A DNA stretch of 63,403 nucleotides, the filler included, from Stramenopiles sp. TOSAG23-6 (taxonomy: Eukaryota): the NCBI GenBank assembly GCA_900128565.1. It is 10 parts of 10 records of this genome, joined end to end, with 100 filler letters (N's around TTAATTAATTAA, not from the genome) between each part and the next. Parts side by side here need not be neighbours in the genome. Positions count along the whole stretch, not along the records: positions 8,608 to 17,087 come from LT636447.1; positions 17,188 to 25,652 come from LT636448.1; 8 more parts are not named here. One strand, written 5' to 3'. Positions 10,288 through 22,300 of the stretch are shown here, one piece after another (position 1 is the stretch's first letter; every line of letters begins with the position of its first letter). Made by a program: the position numbers and the translations under genes. The notes beneath the pieces are model-generated. The model ran no database searches. It was not told where the DNA came from and was given only the letters and a program-made list of their open reading frames with translations.

Positions 10288-13200
10288 ATGGCGGAAATTA
10301 CATTTTTCTGTGACTTGCATGACTTTGCATCAAAGCTGAATAAGGATTGCGAGGATTTGAAACGCCGGGCAGATAATCCAAAACGGGGAAGAAGTGACAA
10401 ACACCAGGTTGGTAAATTTTGCGAAAAACTGAAGACACAAGCCAGGGAAATATTTGAAGAAATAACTTCACTTGAGGCTGCGCTTTCAATGGGAAAGGAA
10501 TCCGAGAAATTTACGGCTGCACCTGTAGCGGCTACCTCTCTTGAACTTTTTAAAAGTAATTGCGAACTAACAGACGCATTGGAGAAGCACCTTTCAGCAT
10601 ACGGCTATACTCCTTCAAATAAACCAAATGTCTTAGACGCATCTCAAAATTTATCATTCAATACATCAGATCAAAAAAATGATGACGGGTCTACTATTCT
10701 TTCGNCTGGNGTTNTTTTTTGAAAACAACGAAGACAAGGAAAATGTATATAATGGGAATGCTTCATTTCAATCTCGACAATATCTTGAAGAGTGCGTAGA
10801 TAATCTAAGTACTGTTGCTCTTCGTGGAGAAGACAGCGAAAAAGACTGTTTCGGAAGTGATATTTCTGTCGTAGGAAATAATAATATTTCAAATGGAGGT
10901 GTTGACTTATCCACTGGACTTTCTGGTTGTGTACAAAATACTCATGAGAACCTAGAAAATACGAATCATAGTATGGATGATGTAGAAAATGTAGATCGGG
11001 TAAATTATTCTCACCATAAAGGATCATCACGTGTAGATGAATATGTCTTCTCACCAAGATCTAATTCTAATGCTTCAATTAATGATGAAAATAAATTAAT
11101 TGGTAATGGCGAAGCACAACCGAGCCATTCGGTCGAAAATGAAATAGACAAAATAGAACAAATCAAAACGTCGTTTTCAATGGAAAACGTGTGTCCTTAT
11201 TCTGGAGATAAACATTCTTCTATGCAAACAGACATGATAGATTCTATGGATAATAATATTGATGACAATGCTCCTGAGCAGCAATGTACCACACCTACGG
11301 CGAACAGGGAGAAAGCAATTCACTCTGAAGTCCCACGACCATGTATGTTTTTTTTTTTCAAATTTCGAATTTTTTTTTTCATACGAAATTTTGTACCTAA
11401 CAAATTTTAGGTTTTTTTTTCAAATATTTTTCCAAAATACATCTGCAATGAAAGTTGGTTTTACTTATCAGGATGAAGAACCACTTACACCTTCTCTCGC
11501 AGATTTCGGTTTTTCTTCTTCAACGTTGACAATGCTTGGGCAAGACAAATTTTGTTCACCGAATGTGAATCAACGAACTAGTGTCCTTTCTACACACTCA
11601 CCTCACAGGAGACTTAGTGAGATGGCTAGTCCAGTGAAAACCCCTGCTGTAAGTAATTTACAACAAAGCGAATGGTCCATTGGTCCACGTACCAATAAAG
11701 CGCTAAGGCATGTAACCCCTGATGTAAAATCAGGCACCTTAAGCAATAGTCGGAATGATTTCACACAGACAACAATGTGTTTACTCAGAGCTCAGCCAAG
11801 ATTTTGTCATTCAGAGGGAGGGCGTTCAGTTTCATCCATTCCAACTCCGACGACACCAACTATGGCACAAATTTGTGGAGTTGCCTCAGGGAATAGAATC
11901 CCAGCGAATCGTAAAGCTGCTATTGAGGGTGTTGCTGCACAAAAATCATTATTTTCCAAAAGTGAAGGGAATGTATGTTTTATTTTTTTTAAATTTTAAA
12001 TTTTGAATTTATTTTTTTTTAGTACGCAATTTTGTGCCTAACGAATTTTACAAAAAAAAAAATTTTTTCACAATGCATGTACACAGCAAAAATCAAAACG
12101 TACGGTCAAATGTATTGAATAATAGTAGAGTAATGCATAAATGCCTCCCCAAAACTCCAATGATTGCTGCAAATTCAATTCCAATATCACCAATGGATAT
12201 AGATGATGTTGATTCACCAATGACACAAATTAGAAAGGATCCTGCGTTAAGTAGAATGTTGCTACCAAAAACTCCAATTTTACCGCCAATGCCAGAAATG
12301 TCTCAGAAATATGAGACTGAAACATCATCGAAAGAATATATAGACAGTATTGTAGAACCGAAAAATATATCTGAAAATATATCTGAAAATATATCTGAAA
12401 ATATATCTGAAAATATATCTGAAAATTCCCTAGTCGAGTCTCAACAAATAGATAAATCTGTCGCCACCCCAGTGAAATCGTCTGTGGTTACAACAAATCA
12501 GGATTTCGTTTCACCACTGTTATCACCATCGGATCACACGCATGATTTTGGTACACGATTAAACTTAGTCAATAATCAAGATAGCGATTCAGATGACGGA
12601 ACTATTGAGACGAAATCAAATAATCAGTTTGTTGGATTTGAGGATGATGATGAAGATATCAGACAACTTAGTGAACAGCTGGAGTCAGATGCTCGTATTG
12701 CTAAGCTGCCGAGACGATCACCACGACTTTTAAAAAAAGCATCGCAAATGAAAGTATCTTTTATGTCACCGAAACCTTCAGAGATGAAAATGGATGACGG
12801 TTCTCCTTTGGACACTTCAAAATGTACTCCTTCGCCTGTACAGAAATTACCTCGGCGATCTCCCCGTCTCTGTCGTAAAAATGCGGGGAACACTCCAAAG
12901 GCTACACGGAGAACTCCTCTATCTATTCACACATCTGAAAGTAGCAAGAAAATAAAAAAATGGCCGAAATCACCACGACTGCGCGCGAGAGCACAAGCAG
13001 AAGCTCTCGCAGAAAAAGAAGCACAAGAAGAAAAGGAACAAAGATGCAATACTTCAACGACTGACACACTGGAGAGAGTTAGTAAAGAGGAATTTTCCGG
13101 CGGTCCTAATTATTTGAAAGCTCAATTTACCCTGGAGAGTATCAATGAGGTAATTGATAGGATCAATGCTCATGGCGGCACTGTGTTTTCGACAGAATTG

Positions 13201-13311
13201 TTGGGTGGACTTATCCAAGATAGTTCGAAGGTCAAAGCCACAATATTATTCTTGACAAAGCTCAAAAGAATTACGATAAAGGCACGTGGTGTATATAAAT
13301 TTGTTATTTAA
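10288..13311 (+). CDS. Ska complex subunit (Ska3-like) with Ska1-type C-terminal domain; 2 family introns; frame break at Ns near 10705-10720
   Basis: N-terminal helix FFCDLHDFASKLNKDCEDLK; many TP/SP sites; C-terminus VSKEEF..PNYLKAQFTLESINEVIDRIN...LTKLKRI resembles the Ska1 microtubule-binding domain. Confidence 0.6.
11343..11442 (+). other. Family intron, GT-AT (100 nt)
   Basis: AT|GTATGT...core...CCAAAATACAT|CT; joins EVPRP-SAMK in frame. Confidence 0.8.
11973..12078 (+). other. Family intron, GT-AT (106 nt)
   Basis: AT|GTATGT...GTGCCTAAC...CACAATGCAT|G; joins SEGN-VHSK. Confidence 0.75.
12361..12426 (+). repeat. 12-nt coding tandem repeat (NISE x5)
   Basis: AAATATATCTGA repeated. Confidence 0.9.
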
Positions 13312-13684
13312 AACATATACAGATATAAGAATTTCACGAATAGTGTGATTGAATTTTAATTTCAAATTATCGAGTCATAATAATACGAATAATAAGATAT
13401 AATGGTTTATTGGAGTATTGTTTACAACTGTATCATTTCTCGTCGCTCACATCATATAAAATATATATTTTTGCACAAAATACTTTTTTACTTTTTATTC
13501 ATTCAAAGAGTAATAGAATTACCCTTTGGTTGATTTTGTTCAATATTGAATATTTACTAGTACTATAGCGTACGTAGTAGATAATATGTTTTAAAAAATA
13601 TATAATTTCACTTTAGCTTGTTTATAAAAAAGACAGTCTCTTCCCACAAGGATTTTAACGGGGTTTAAAAAAAAAAAAATTAAA

Positions 13685-14567
13685 TTAATCATTCATATTT
13701 AGAACAGGAGCACTTTCCAATGGTAATATACTCTGACATATTGGGCACTTATGGTCCCTATTCGAGTCGCGAGCATTCTTTGCAAGTATGCAGTGTGAAA
13801 AAAAAATTTATATTAAAAATTTGTTAGGTACGGAATTTGATACAAAAAAAAATTGAAATTCAATTTTGAAAACGTACGTTCGTTCACAGTGTGTGTGCAG
13901 GGAAACTTTGCATTTTTTATTCACACATTTGAATGTATCACATACAAAATAATTACATATGACACATTCTGGACATTCAAATTCTTCCAATAGATCCTGG
14001 AGCTCTAGCAAACTACGAACGCCAAGAGTAAAACAATTATTTTCTACTCTAGAATTCTCAATCCAACCGCCCTTGGTAAGATCCCGAACTAATTTGTTCA
14101 CACGTTCGACAGAAGGAGGTCGATTTTGATCACATGATTTAGTAACTTGTTGAAGAACACGGATATTGACAACATCAACTTCGTTGATTGTACCAGACTT
14201 CTGGATAATCAACTGTACCAAACATTTGAAGAATTCTAATTGCCACTGTTCTAATTGAGTTGACCATTCTGCAAAATTATCTTTTTCTTTATTTACCAAG
14301 CACCAAAAGAGTGTATCGTCACGTTCGTGTGTCATTTTCTCCACCTTCATCTTTACCATATTTAATGTTACGTTAACACGAGTTAGACAAGGATCCAACG
14401 CTTCATCGAGATTTTCAATGTTTTCTTTGCTGTATTGATCAGATATTTCCTTAAACGCCGTCTTCAACTGACCATCACTCATAAAGCGTCTCAGCATGAA
14501 TTCCTGTATTATTGCGCAATGCACATTTGTAGACTCATCAAGCAATTTTTGAGTCGCCTNNNNACAT
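13685..14567 (-). CDS. NSE1: Nse1-like SMC5/6 subunit (winged helix + RING); start approximate because of Ns
   Basis: FTLGVRSLLEL motif and RING CVIC...HTHC...CPIC, completed only after intron removal. Confidence 0.75.
13788..13877 (-). other. Family intron, GT-AT (90 nt)
   Basis: AC|GTACGT...CCGTACCTAAC...CACACTGCAT|A; restores the terminal CPIC of the RING. Confidence 0.8.
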
Positions 14568-14774
14568 GATTGAGAATTTAACCTCGGAAATAAAATTGTT
14601 TCAAACTGCGCACGGAAAAGAACGGAGAATCTGAAACAACACGGCTAAAATGTCGATCAAAAATTCATTGGTTTTTTGATGCCTGTCATTTTTGACTGAT
14701 TTTTTTCGATTTTCTGGATATTTAGTAGGAGAATTATATATATTCCTCTTAAGCATACTTTGCAATTGTGTACA

Positions 14775-15626
14775 ATGAATATATTGAATCGAGTTAGAGT
14801 TCAAGGCGATAAGCGGTGGGGAAATACCGTCTATCGCGCCTTTTCGAAACTTTCATTGCAGGGGAAAACAGCAATTATCACTGGAGGTGGTTCTGGAGTT
14901 GGACGAGCTGTCGCATTGGCATTTGCAGAAGAAGGTTGTTCCGTAATTGCAACTGGTCGTCGCGTTGAACCCATTCAAGAAACAGCAAAGCTTGTTAGTG
15001 AAATTGGATATAGCTCTGGTTCTGGAGCATGTGGGCGTGCTGTAAAAGCTGATTTATCGCTCCCGGAGGATGTACTTTCGCTGTTTGAGTTTGCTACTAA
15101 AGAGTTTGATCGCCTTGATATACTATTTAACAACGCTGGTATATCAGCTCCTGCTGTTCCGTTAGAGGATATAACAATAGAGCAATGGCAAAGTGTAGTC
15201 GATACTAACATTACGGGTGCTTTTTTATGCACTCAATCTGCATTTAAAACTTTTAAAAGTCAAGAACCCATTGGAGGACGTATTATAAATAATGGTTCTG
15301 TGTCTTGTGATAGACCTCGACCATTCAGTGCTCCTTATACAGCAACAAAACATGCAATGACAGGTCTAACAAAATCGACCTCTTTAGATGGTCGCAAATA
15401 CAATATCTCATGTGGGCAATTAGATATTGGCAATGCTGCAACATCAATGACCTCAAAAATGAATACAGGTGTGCGACAGGCAAATGGAAATATAGAAAAA
15501 GAACCAACAATGGATGTTGCCGATGTTGCTAGAGCTGCTGTGTATATGGCAAGTTTGCCACCTGATAGCAATTGCATGTGGTTAACTGTGATGGCATCCA
15601 AGATGCCGTTAATTGGTCGAGGTTAA
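14775..15626 (+). CDS. Short-chain dehydrogenase/reductase
   Basis: [12 protein letters not shown] and YTATK motifs. Confidence 0.95.
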   Translation: MNILNRVRVQGDKRWGNTVYRAFSKLSLQGKTAIITGGGSGVGRAVALAFAEEGCSVIATGRRVEPIQETAKLVSEIGYSSGSGACGRAVKADLSLPEDVLSLFEFATKEFDRLDILFNNAGISAPAVPLEDITIEQWQSVVDTNITGAFLCTQSAFKTFKSQEPIGGRIINNGSVSCDRPRPFSAPYTATKHAMTGLTKSTSLDGRKYNISCGQLDIGNAATSMTSKMNTGVRQANGNIEKEPTMDVADVARAAVYMASLPPDSNCMWLTVMASKMPLIGRG

Positions 15627-15687
15627 TTACTAATTGTATATTCCTAAAATTGATCTAAATAAATGAAACTAGAATTATCAGTTTATT

Positions 15688-17087
15688 TTAACGTTTCTTA
15701 ATATCAGCTGATAAAACTATTTGTAATAAACATGCTAACTCAGTTGGATGGGATTCGCCAGTAATGCTGTATACATTAGGAGTTGAACATTTATTATCAC
15801 TGGGGTTTTCGGATTTTTCGGATTGTTCGGATGTACTTATTTCTGATACAACTTCTGTGACAACGTCCTCCAAATCCCCTGTATTTTTTAGTACAACAAT
15901 CGGCCAATTCATTTGAATAAATTTATATATGATATCTTTAGCCCCATCATAGTCATCACCGCCAATGACGAGGACCAAACGCTTTCTCGGACCATTTGTA
16001 GAAGAAGAAGGAGATATATTGTGAAAATTTAAAAATAAAAAAATCGTTAGGCGCAAAATTTGGTGCGAAAAATAAATTAGGTAAAAAGTTCATGTTGAAA
16101 ATGTACATGAGAGCTTCTGAATCACTTTGAAGAAAACTTCGCAGTACTTCAAAGGATTTGTTTCATTTACAAGTATTTCGTGGCTTAAAACTCCTTTGCT
16201 TGTACTTTGTGCGGTTGCATTTTCTTTCCGCACAAGCCCAAGGATAGGAACCTTATGTTTCGATGATACTTCCTTATATGCATTTTCTGCGTTTACAAAT
16301 GTTTTGCTAATAATATTGATTCGGCGCAATTGATGGTGGGCTCCTTTACTATTTGATAGTGTTTCCATCATAGCAACAGAAGACCAGCTATTACGCATAC
16401 CATCACTAATGATAATACCATCACAATATTTTGAAACAGAAATTATGCCTCGTACCATAAACTTTCGAAGAACTGTTTTTGTCTTGCGACTAGAGTCTAG
16501 ACCAATCATTGGAGACTTTCCAAGAACAACTATTACAGGGTTCGGCGGCTGATAACCGTCCAAATTAAGGTCCTTAACAAAAGTATCGAACTTCTGCGCA
16601 TCATCTAATTTCAGTTGAAGACAGCATGAATCTAATATTGGTACAAATGGTTGTTCTAATTTACCTTCACTATTGCCGGGAGATACGTGGGTAACATCAG
16701 TCTCGGATGAATTTTTGAGTGGCCTATCATAACTATTCACTTTGGGTTTTGTAATCATACCATTTGTATTGTTTTGGAGCTTTTTTAACCTTTTCAGTTT
16801 TTGCCGTTTTGGGGCTTGTAATGGTTTCTTAGATTTAATAAATGTTTCTGATTTTTCAGGGAGATGTTTTGATGGTGTAGTGTCTTTAATATGTTGCCCC
16901 TCGTCACCTTTTATAGTAACTTTATGAAGAATTATTTCACTTGAGATAGGAAGATCAGTGGATGCTTTTGGGTCTTTTGGTGCTGCAGCCATTTCTGCTT
17001 CTGCCACTTTCACTGTTGCCTTTTCCTTTGCATGTCCCTCACTAGCTACCTCTGCTTTTGCTTCTGCTTTTGCTTCTGCTTTTGCTT
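15688..17087 (-). CDS. SLOG/LSDAT (TRPM N-terminal-like) domain protein, 5' truncated
   Basis: PVIVVLG, LVLVIGGDD and WPIVVLKNTG motifs across two exons. Confidence 0.5.
16014..16106 (-). other. Family intron, GT-AT (93 nt)
   Basis: AT|GTACAT...TGCGCCTAAC...CACAATATAT|CT; joins QKLS-SPSS. Confidence 0.75.
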
Positions 17088-17332
17088 NNNNNNNNNNNNN
17101 NNNNNNNNNNNNNNNNNNNNNNNNNNNNNNNTTAATTAATTAANNNNNNNNNNNNNNNNNNNNNNNNNNNNNNNNNNNNNNNNNNNNTTGGCGCCAAAAA
17201 TGTAGGGTACCAAAATATATCTTGTACCCGAAGTCCACAGGAACCTTGCTGAGCAAGACATTGGTTGACGTAAACTATTCATCACTTACAAAAAGTTCTT
17301 GTTTTTAAATCAACAAGAAGAAAAGGAGAAAA

Positions 17333-18868
17333 ATGACTGCTTCTTATCTTACGGATGATTATGTATGGCTCGTTGTTATGGGTGCGCTTGCGAGTTTCTC
17401 TGCTGCATTCGGCATTGGTGCTAATGACGTTGCAAACTCACTTGCTACGGCTGTTGGTTCCANAGCCATTACCAAAACGCAAGCCGTCTTTCTTGCGGCA
17501 TTCTTCGAATTCTTTGGAAGTATTTTACTCGGGAACCATGTAACAAAGACTATTCGCAAAGGTATTGCNGACCAAGAATGCTTTGAAGACAATCCTGCTC
17601 TGCTCATGTATGGAATGATGTGTGTTCTTTTCGCTGTTGCAATCTGGCTTTACTTGGCGACTAAATGGAGAATGCCTGTAAGTACAACTCATTCTTGTGT
17701 CGGTGGTATTGTTGGTATGACTATGGTATTAGTCGGTACCGGATGTGTTACCTGGTATAAAAAGAAAGATGACTTCCCATTTGTTGGTGGTGTTGCTGGA
17801 ATTGTCGTCAGTTGGTTTGTTGCTCCTGTGCTATCATGTGCCTTTGCAACGGTTCTCTTTTTGTTTGTTCGTACATTCATTCTTCGATCTGAACACTCTT
17901 ATGAACGTGCATATAAGTTTTATCCATTCCTCGTATTTGTAACACTGACCGTTTGTGGCCTTTTTATTATCTTTAAAGGAGCAAAAGGAACAGACCTTGA
18001 TTTAAGTCTTGGTGAAGCCTTTGCTGTTTCTACAGGTTTTGCCTTTGTAGTTGCTATGGTAATGATACCAACTGTTCTACCTTGGATTCGTAGAAGAATT
18101 GATGAACAAATGGCAGAAAGAGAGAATGCTCTTGAAGCTGGNGAAAAACAAGTTGAAATGACTGAACCAGAAAAGAAAAACGTAGGTGTACTTAGNAAAA
18201 TTTCTCATCATGTATCAAAGAATCTTAATAGAGATTCCCATGCTATTGTCCTCGAAGATGCAACAACGGCTGCNGTTCACGATAACTGTGAAGTATTTGA
18301 TGAAAAAACTGAAATGTTTTTCAGGTATGTACAAGTATTTACTTGCTGTTGCGATAGTTTTTCTCATGGTGCAAATGACGTTGCTAACTCTATTGGTCCG
18401 TTTGCTGCAATTTATGTGGTTTATAATGCAGGAGAGGTTTCTAAGAAAAATGAACTTGGAGATGACGCATATTGGATTCTTGCTCTCGGTGCTGTTGGGA
18501 TTGTAATTGGGTTAGCTATTTATGGTTACAAGATTATGGAAGTTCTTGGTACACAAATGGTGAAATGCACTCCTTCAAGAGGATTTTCTATTGAATTAGG
18601 TGCCGTTGCTGTAATCATTATGGGTACAAGACTCGGAATTCCACTTTCGACAACACATTGCCAAGTAGGTGCTACGTGTGGTGTAGCCTGGTGTGAAGGT
18701 AGGCAGGGTATTAACTACAAAGTTCTTTTTACAGTTATAGCCGGATGGGTTCTCACTTTGCTTGTTGCCGGTGGAACTGCTGGAATCTTTTCTGCGATGG
18801 GAGCATATGCCCCAAGTGCACACGGAGTTACATTTGAGGGAATGAAAGTTGCGGTACCAGTTGCTTAG
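17333..18868 (+). CDS. PiT/PHO4 family inorganic phosphate transporter
   Basis: Two GANDVANS signatures, PVSTTH and PLSTTH. Confidence 0.95.
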   Translation: MTASYLTDDYVWLVVMGALASFSAAFGIGANDVANSLATAVGSXAITKTQAVFLAAFFEFFGSILLGNHVTKTIRKGIXDQECFEDNPALLMYGMMCVLFAVAIWLYLATKWRMPVSTTHSCVGGIVGMTMVLVGTGCVTWYKKKDDFPFVGGVAGIVVSWFVAPVLSCAFATVLFLFVRTFILRSEHSYERAYKFYPFLVFVTLTVCGLFIIFKGAKGTDLDLSLGEAFAVSTGFAFVVAMVMIPTVLPWIRRRIDEQMAERENALEAXEKQVEMTEPEKKNVGVLXKISHHVSKNLNRDSHAIVLEDATTAXVHDNCEVFDEKTEMFFRYVQVFTCCCDSFSHGANDVANSIGPFAAIYVVYNAGEVSKKNELGDDAYWILALGAVGIVIGLAIYGYKIMEVLGTQMVKCTPSRGFSIELGAVAVIIMGTRLGIPLSTTHCQVGATCGVAWCEGRQGINYKVLFTVIAGWVLTLLVAGGTAGIFSAMGAYAPSAHGVTFEGMKVAVPVA

Positions 18869-19308
18869 TTTAGTNTAGTGNTACAATTTAGGGATAATTT
18901 ATACATCGATGTATTATTGTTTTAATTGAAAACTGTATATCAATTTGACTTTGGAAATATACAACATATTCGTATATGAAAAAATAAAAGAATTCCTAAC
19001 TATATTATACATTTTTATTGTTTTACTCAAAAATTTATTCAGATAGTAATCATAATCACTCTTGATTGTAGAAACAAACACATTTTGATGTACAATACAG
19101 GTTGAAATATTATTGAATGAATATTTTACATTAAATATTTATACAACAGAAATCAACTCATTTTAAATAATAGATGAAAATATACAAATAGTAATGACAC
19201 TGAAATCATCAAAAATAAACAATAAAAAAATAAATATACACAACAATACTTTTTTTGGCGGACCTCATTGTTTATTATTAATATTAAATTAACTCAATCC
19301 TAAGAGAA

Positions 19309-22300
19309 TTACTCTCCTATTTTTTTTTTTTTTCCTATTTTTTTTGTAATATATCTCATTTCGTTCTGATTCTCATAAAATTCATTATAACGTATATAAG
19401 AAAAATGTGCGCCATTTTCTTCTCTAACTGGCCATATCCTAACTGCATCAGCAATCAAATCTTCTAAAGAAGAAGCTCGAGAATTATACAACCAGGAAAC
19501 ATCTTCCAATAATTTTTTTGCAATTTCAATATTAATATATTGGTAATTAGCGGTCCTTGGTGCACCACGTGGAGGTTTGATATTATTCCTGTGCCATTCA
19601 GAAAACATTCCTTTACCAGAAAAATGATCCGAAATTTTCTTATTTAAATAAGGAAGCATATTCAACTGAGATAGAATTTGTCTTGGAAATTTCCAGTCAT
19701 TTGGTTTATTCAAAGTATAGCCAGCATATCCAACTAAGTTTGGATCATTCAAATCGGGTCTTATCATCGAAGAAGCTACTTCTAAATGTCCATCTCTAGG
19801 TTCAACATGTACATAATTGACAAAAACTTTCGAAACACTCATTTTGACATTAAGTTTCAGAGATGAAGATTGCTTGCGTCTTTTTATTTTCTTTGTAGAC
19901 TTTTTGATTTTGTCTCTAGCATTTTGCTGTGCTCTCATCTTTTCTATTCTACGCCTACGCCATCGCCTAGAATAATTTCTGTTATATTTTGTCTTGTTTC
20001 TTTCATATTGGTGTACAGATTCATTTTGCTGAGTATTATCTTTGTGGACTTCATCTGAATCATTCTCAGAACTACTACTTTGATCCAAATCGTTGTCACA
20101 TTCACTATAGTGATTAGGACAGTTTTGTTCAATTCTTTTTCGACAAATCCAACTACAAAACTTATCAAAGTGAACTCTTTTTGTATGTCCTTTGTCCATG
20201 GAGTTGAATGCATTTCGAACAGTAACTTTTGTAAGTATTCTATGCATATTTAGTATCGTAATACCCTTTTCAAAATCAGATGAAGAAAGACAATTATCAT
20301 GTATTTTTAATGCTTTCGATATTAGTTGGCACATATGAAAGTAGTATATATATGTTATAAAAGATGTAAGTCTTCTACGAGAAAGCATTTCATTTTTTAA
20401 TGACTCATTATTGTATTGTTTAAGTCTATAGTGTGTAGTATACGCAAGAAACGCACGCTTTGCAACTGTTTCGTTCCAAGAAGAGTTTTCAAATGTTGAA
20501 GCCATAAAGTCAAAGATAGCGCTATAATTGACCTTTTTTGTGTTCGAACTATCTACACCACGAACATTATTCAAGAGAGACATCCAGGTTTTATCTAGCT
20601 CTTTTTCATTATGAATTAAATTAACTATTTTGCCTTCTAGTGAAACAAAATTATTGAATGCTTTCCAATTTATTTCTTTTGACTGTATACTTTTGTCTCC
20701 ATGGTTTATCCATATATGATTTTTGTTTCCAATGTTTTTATATTTTTCAAGTTCATAATTAAGTTCTGCATTACATATCCAAAGCGGCTCACTTAGATGC
20801 CCCCCAGCATTACTCATTTTAATAAAACTTTTATTTCTTGCTTTGTTCTGTGTTTTCCGTGACAATTTATTCATATGATAGTCTATACATTCACTCGGAG
20901 TAGGTATTAAAACTATCTCTCCATTTACACAAACAAAAAAATGCTGTCTACCAGGTGGGAGGATACAATGACAATACCATCTATTATTTCTATCTGCGTG
21001 CATTGTTGTACCCTTCCAACAATTACTACTAAAATGTATGGAAAGCACATCATTTTCATCAACATCTATAGGTAAAAAGACTTTAATAGTTTGATAATTC
21101 CAACCTCCACATAGCCAGCATCGTCGACCTTTAGGACAATGCGACTGTCTCGATAATATATGAGGTAATTCAAACCAGTTTTGTTTAGTGTATCCATTTC
21201 TAGTAAATTCGGATGTATGTTGACGAGATGCATTACCGCCACATCCTGAATCAAATTTTGAATTGACAGCATTTTGAGATCTCGCATCTAGGATAGGTGC
21301 ATTTTCTATAAGAAATCCTTGATTGTCCATATAAATATGACCTTGGTTACCATCTAAATGTAAACCAATTAAGGTGTGATTTGTTTTCATAGATTCTGCT
21401 AAATATTTCGTGTCACTAGATGATAAACCACAAGTGCTCATGTCAAGATGTAAAAGTGTTTTGTTATAACCAAGAGTATCCGCTATTTTCATTGGTAAAG
21501 TTTTATTTTGAGTATTATTTTCTAATGACGTTGATTTTATAAATGAAGTATCTTTGAGCTTACAAAAGCTAAGATTTAATACTTTTAGATCAAGTTGAAT
21601 TAGTTTCAATGCGCCTATACCAACTTGATTCCAAGAAATATCTAATTCAGTAATTGAATTATTTGCAGATACAATCGCAGATGCTAATGAAATGGTACAT
21701 TTTTCTGTAAACCCAACACGACTAATATTTAACCTTTGTAGTTTAGCCGTATGTAAACCTTCAATTAAATACTGTATACCAGGTATTGTCAGTGGATTGT
21801 TTGAGATATTTAATTCTTCAAGTTCCGATTCAGGTGTTTTCATAATAGTACACAATTCTTTACATGCATCACATCGAATATGATTATTAGATAGATCAAG
21901 CGTGCGAATATGTACGCCTAATCTTGATATTAATGAAACACTACCCTTTGAATGTATTCTATTTCCTGACAAACTAATAGATGTTGGTTTTTCTTCAAAC
22001 ACTTCATTCGCTTGGGATAAAGTATTTACTAATTCATCACCTAATGAATAATTGTTTAAATGGATATGCGTTGGGCCGCCTGTATTCACTGATCGAATAA
22101 CGGCAGATATTTCAGGGATTTTATTTTGCTCAACACAAGATTTTAAATATAATGTTCGTGGTGAAAGTTTACGTTCTGTGCAGTTTACATCTTCAGATAC
22201 GGGCTCACCTTGACCTTTTACATCAATAACACTTGCTGAATGTCGTATCATTTTCAAAAATCGAGTTTTACCTCGTGTTCCACGATAATCTTTATTTTCA

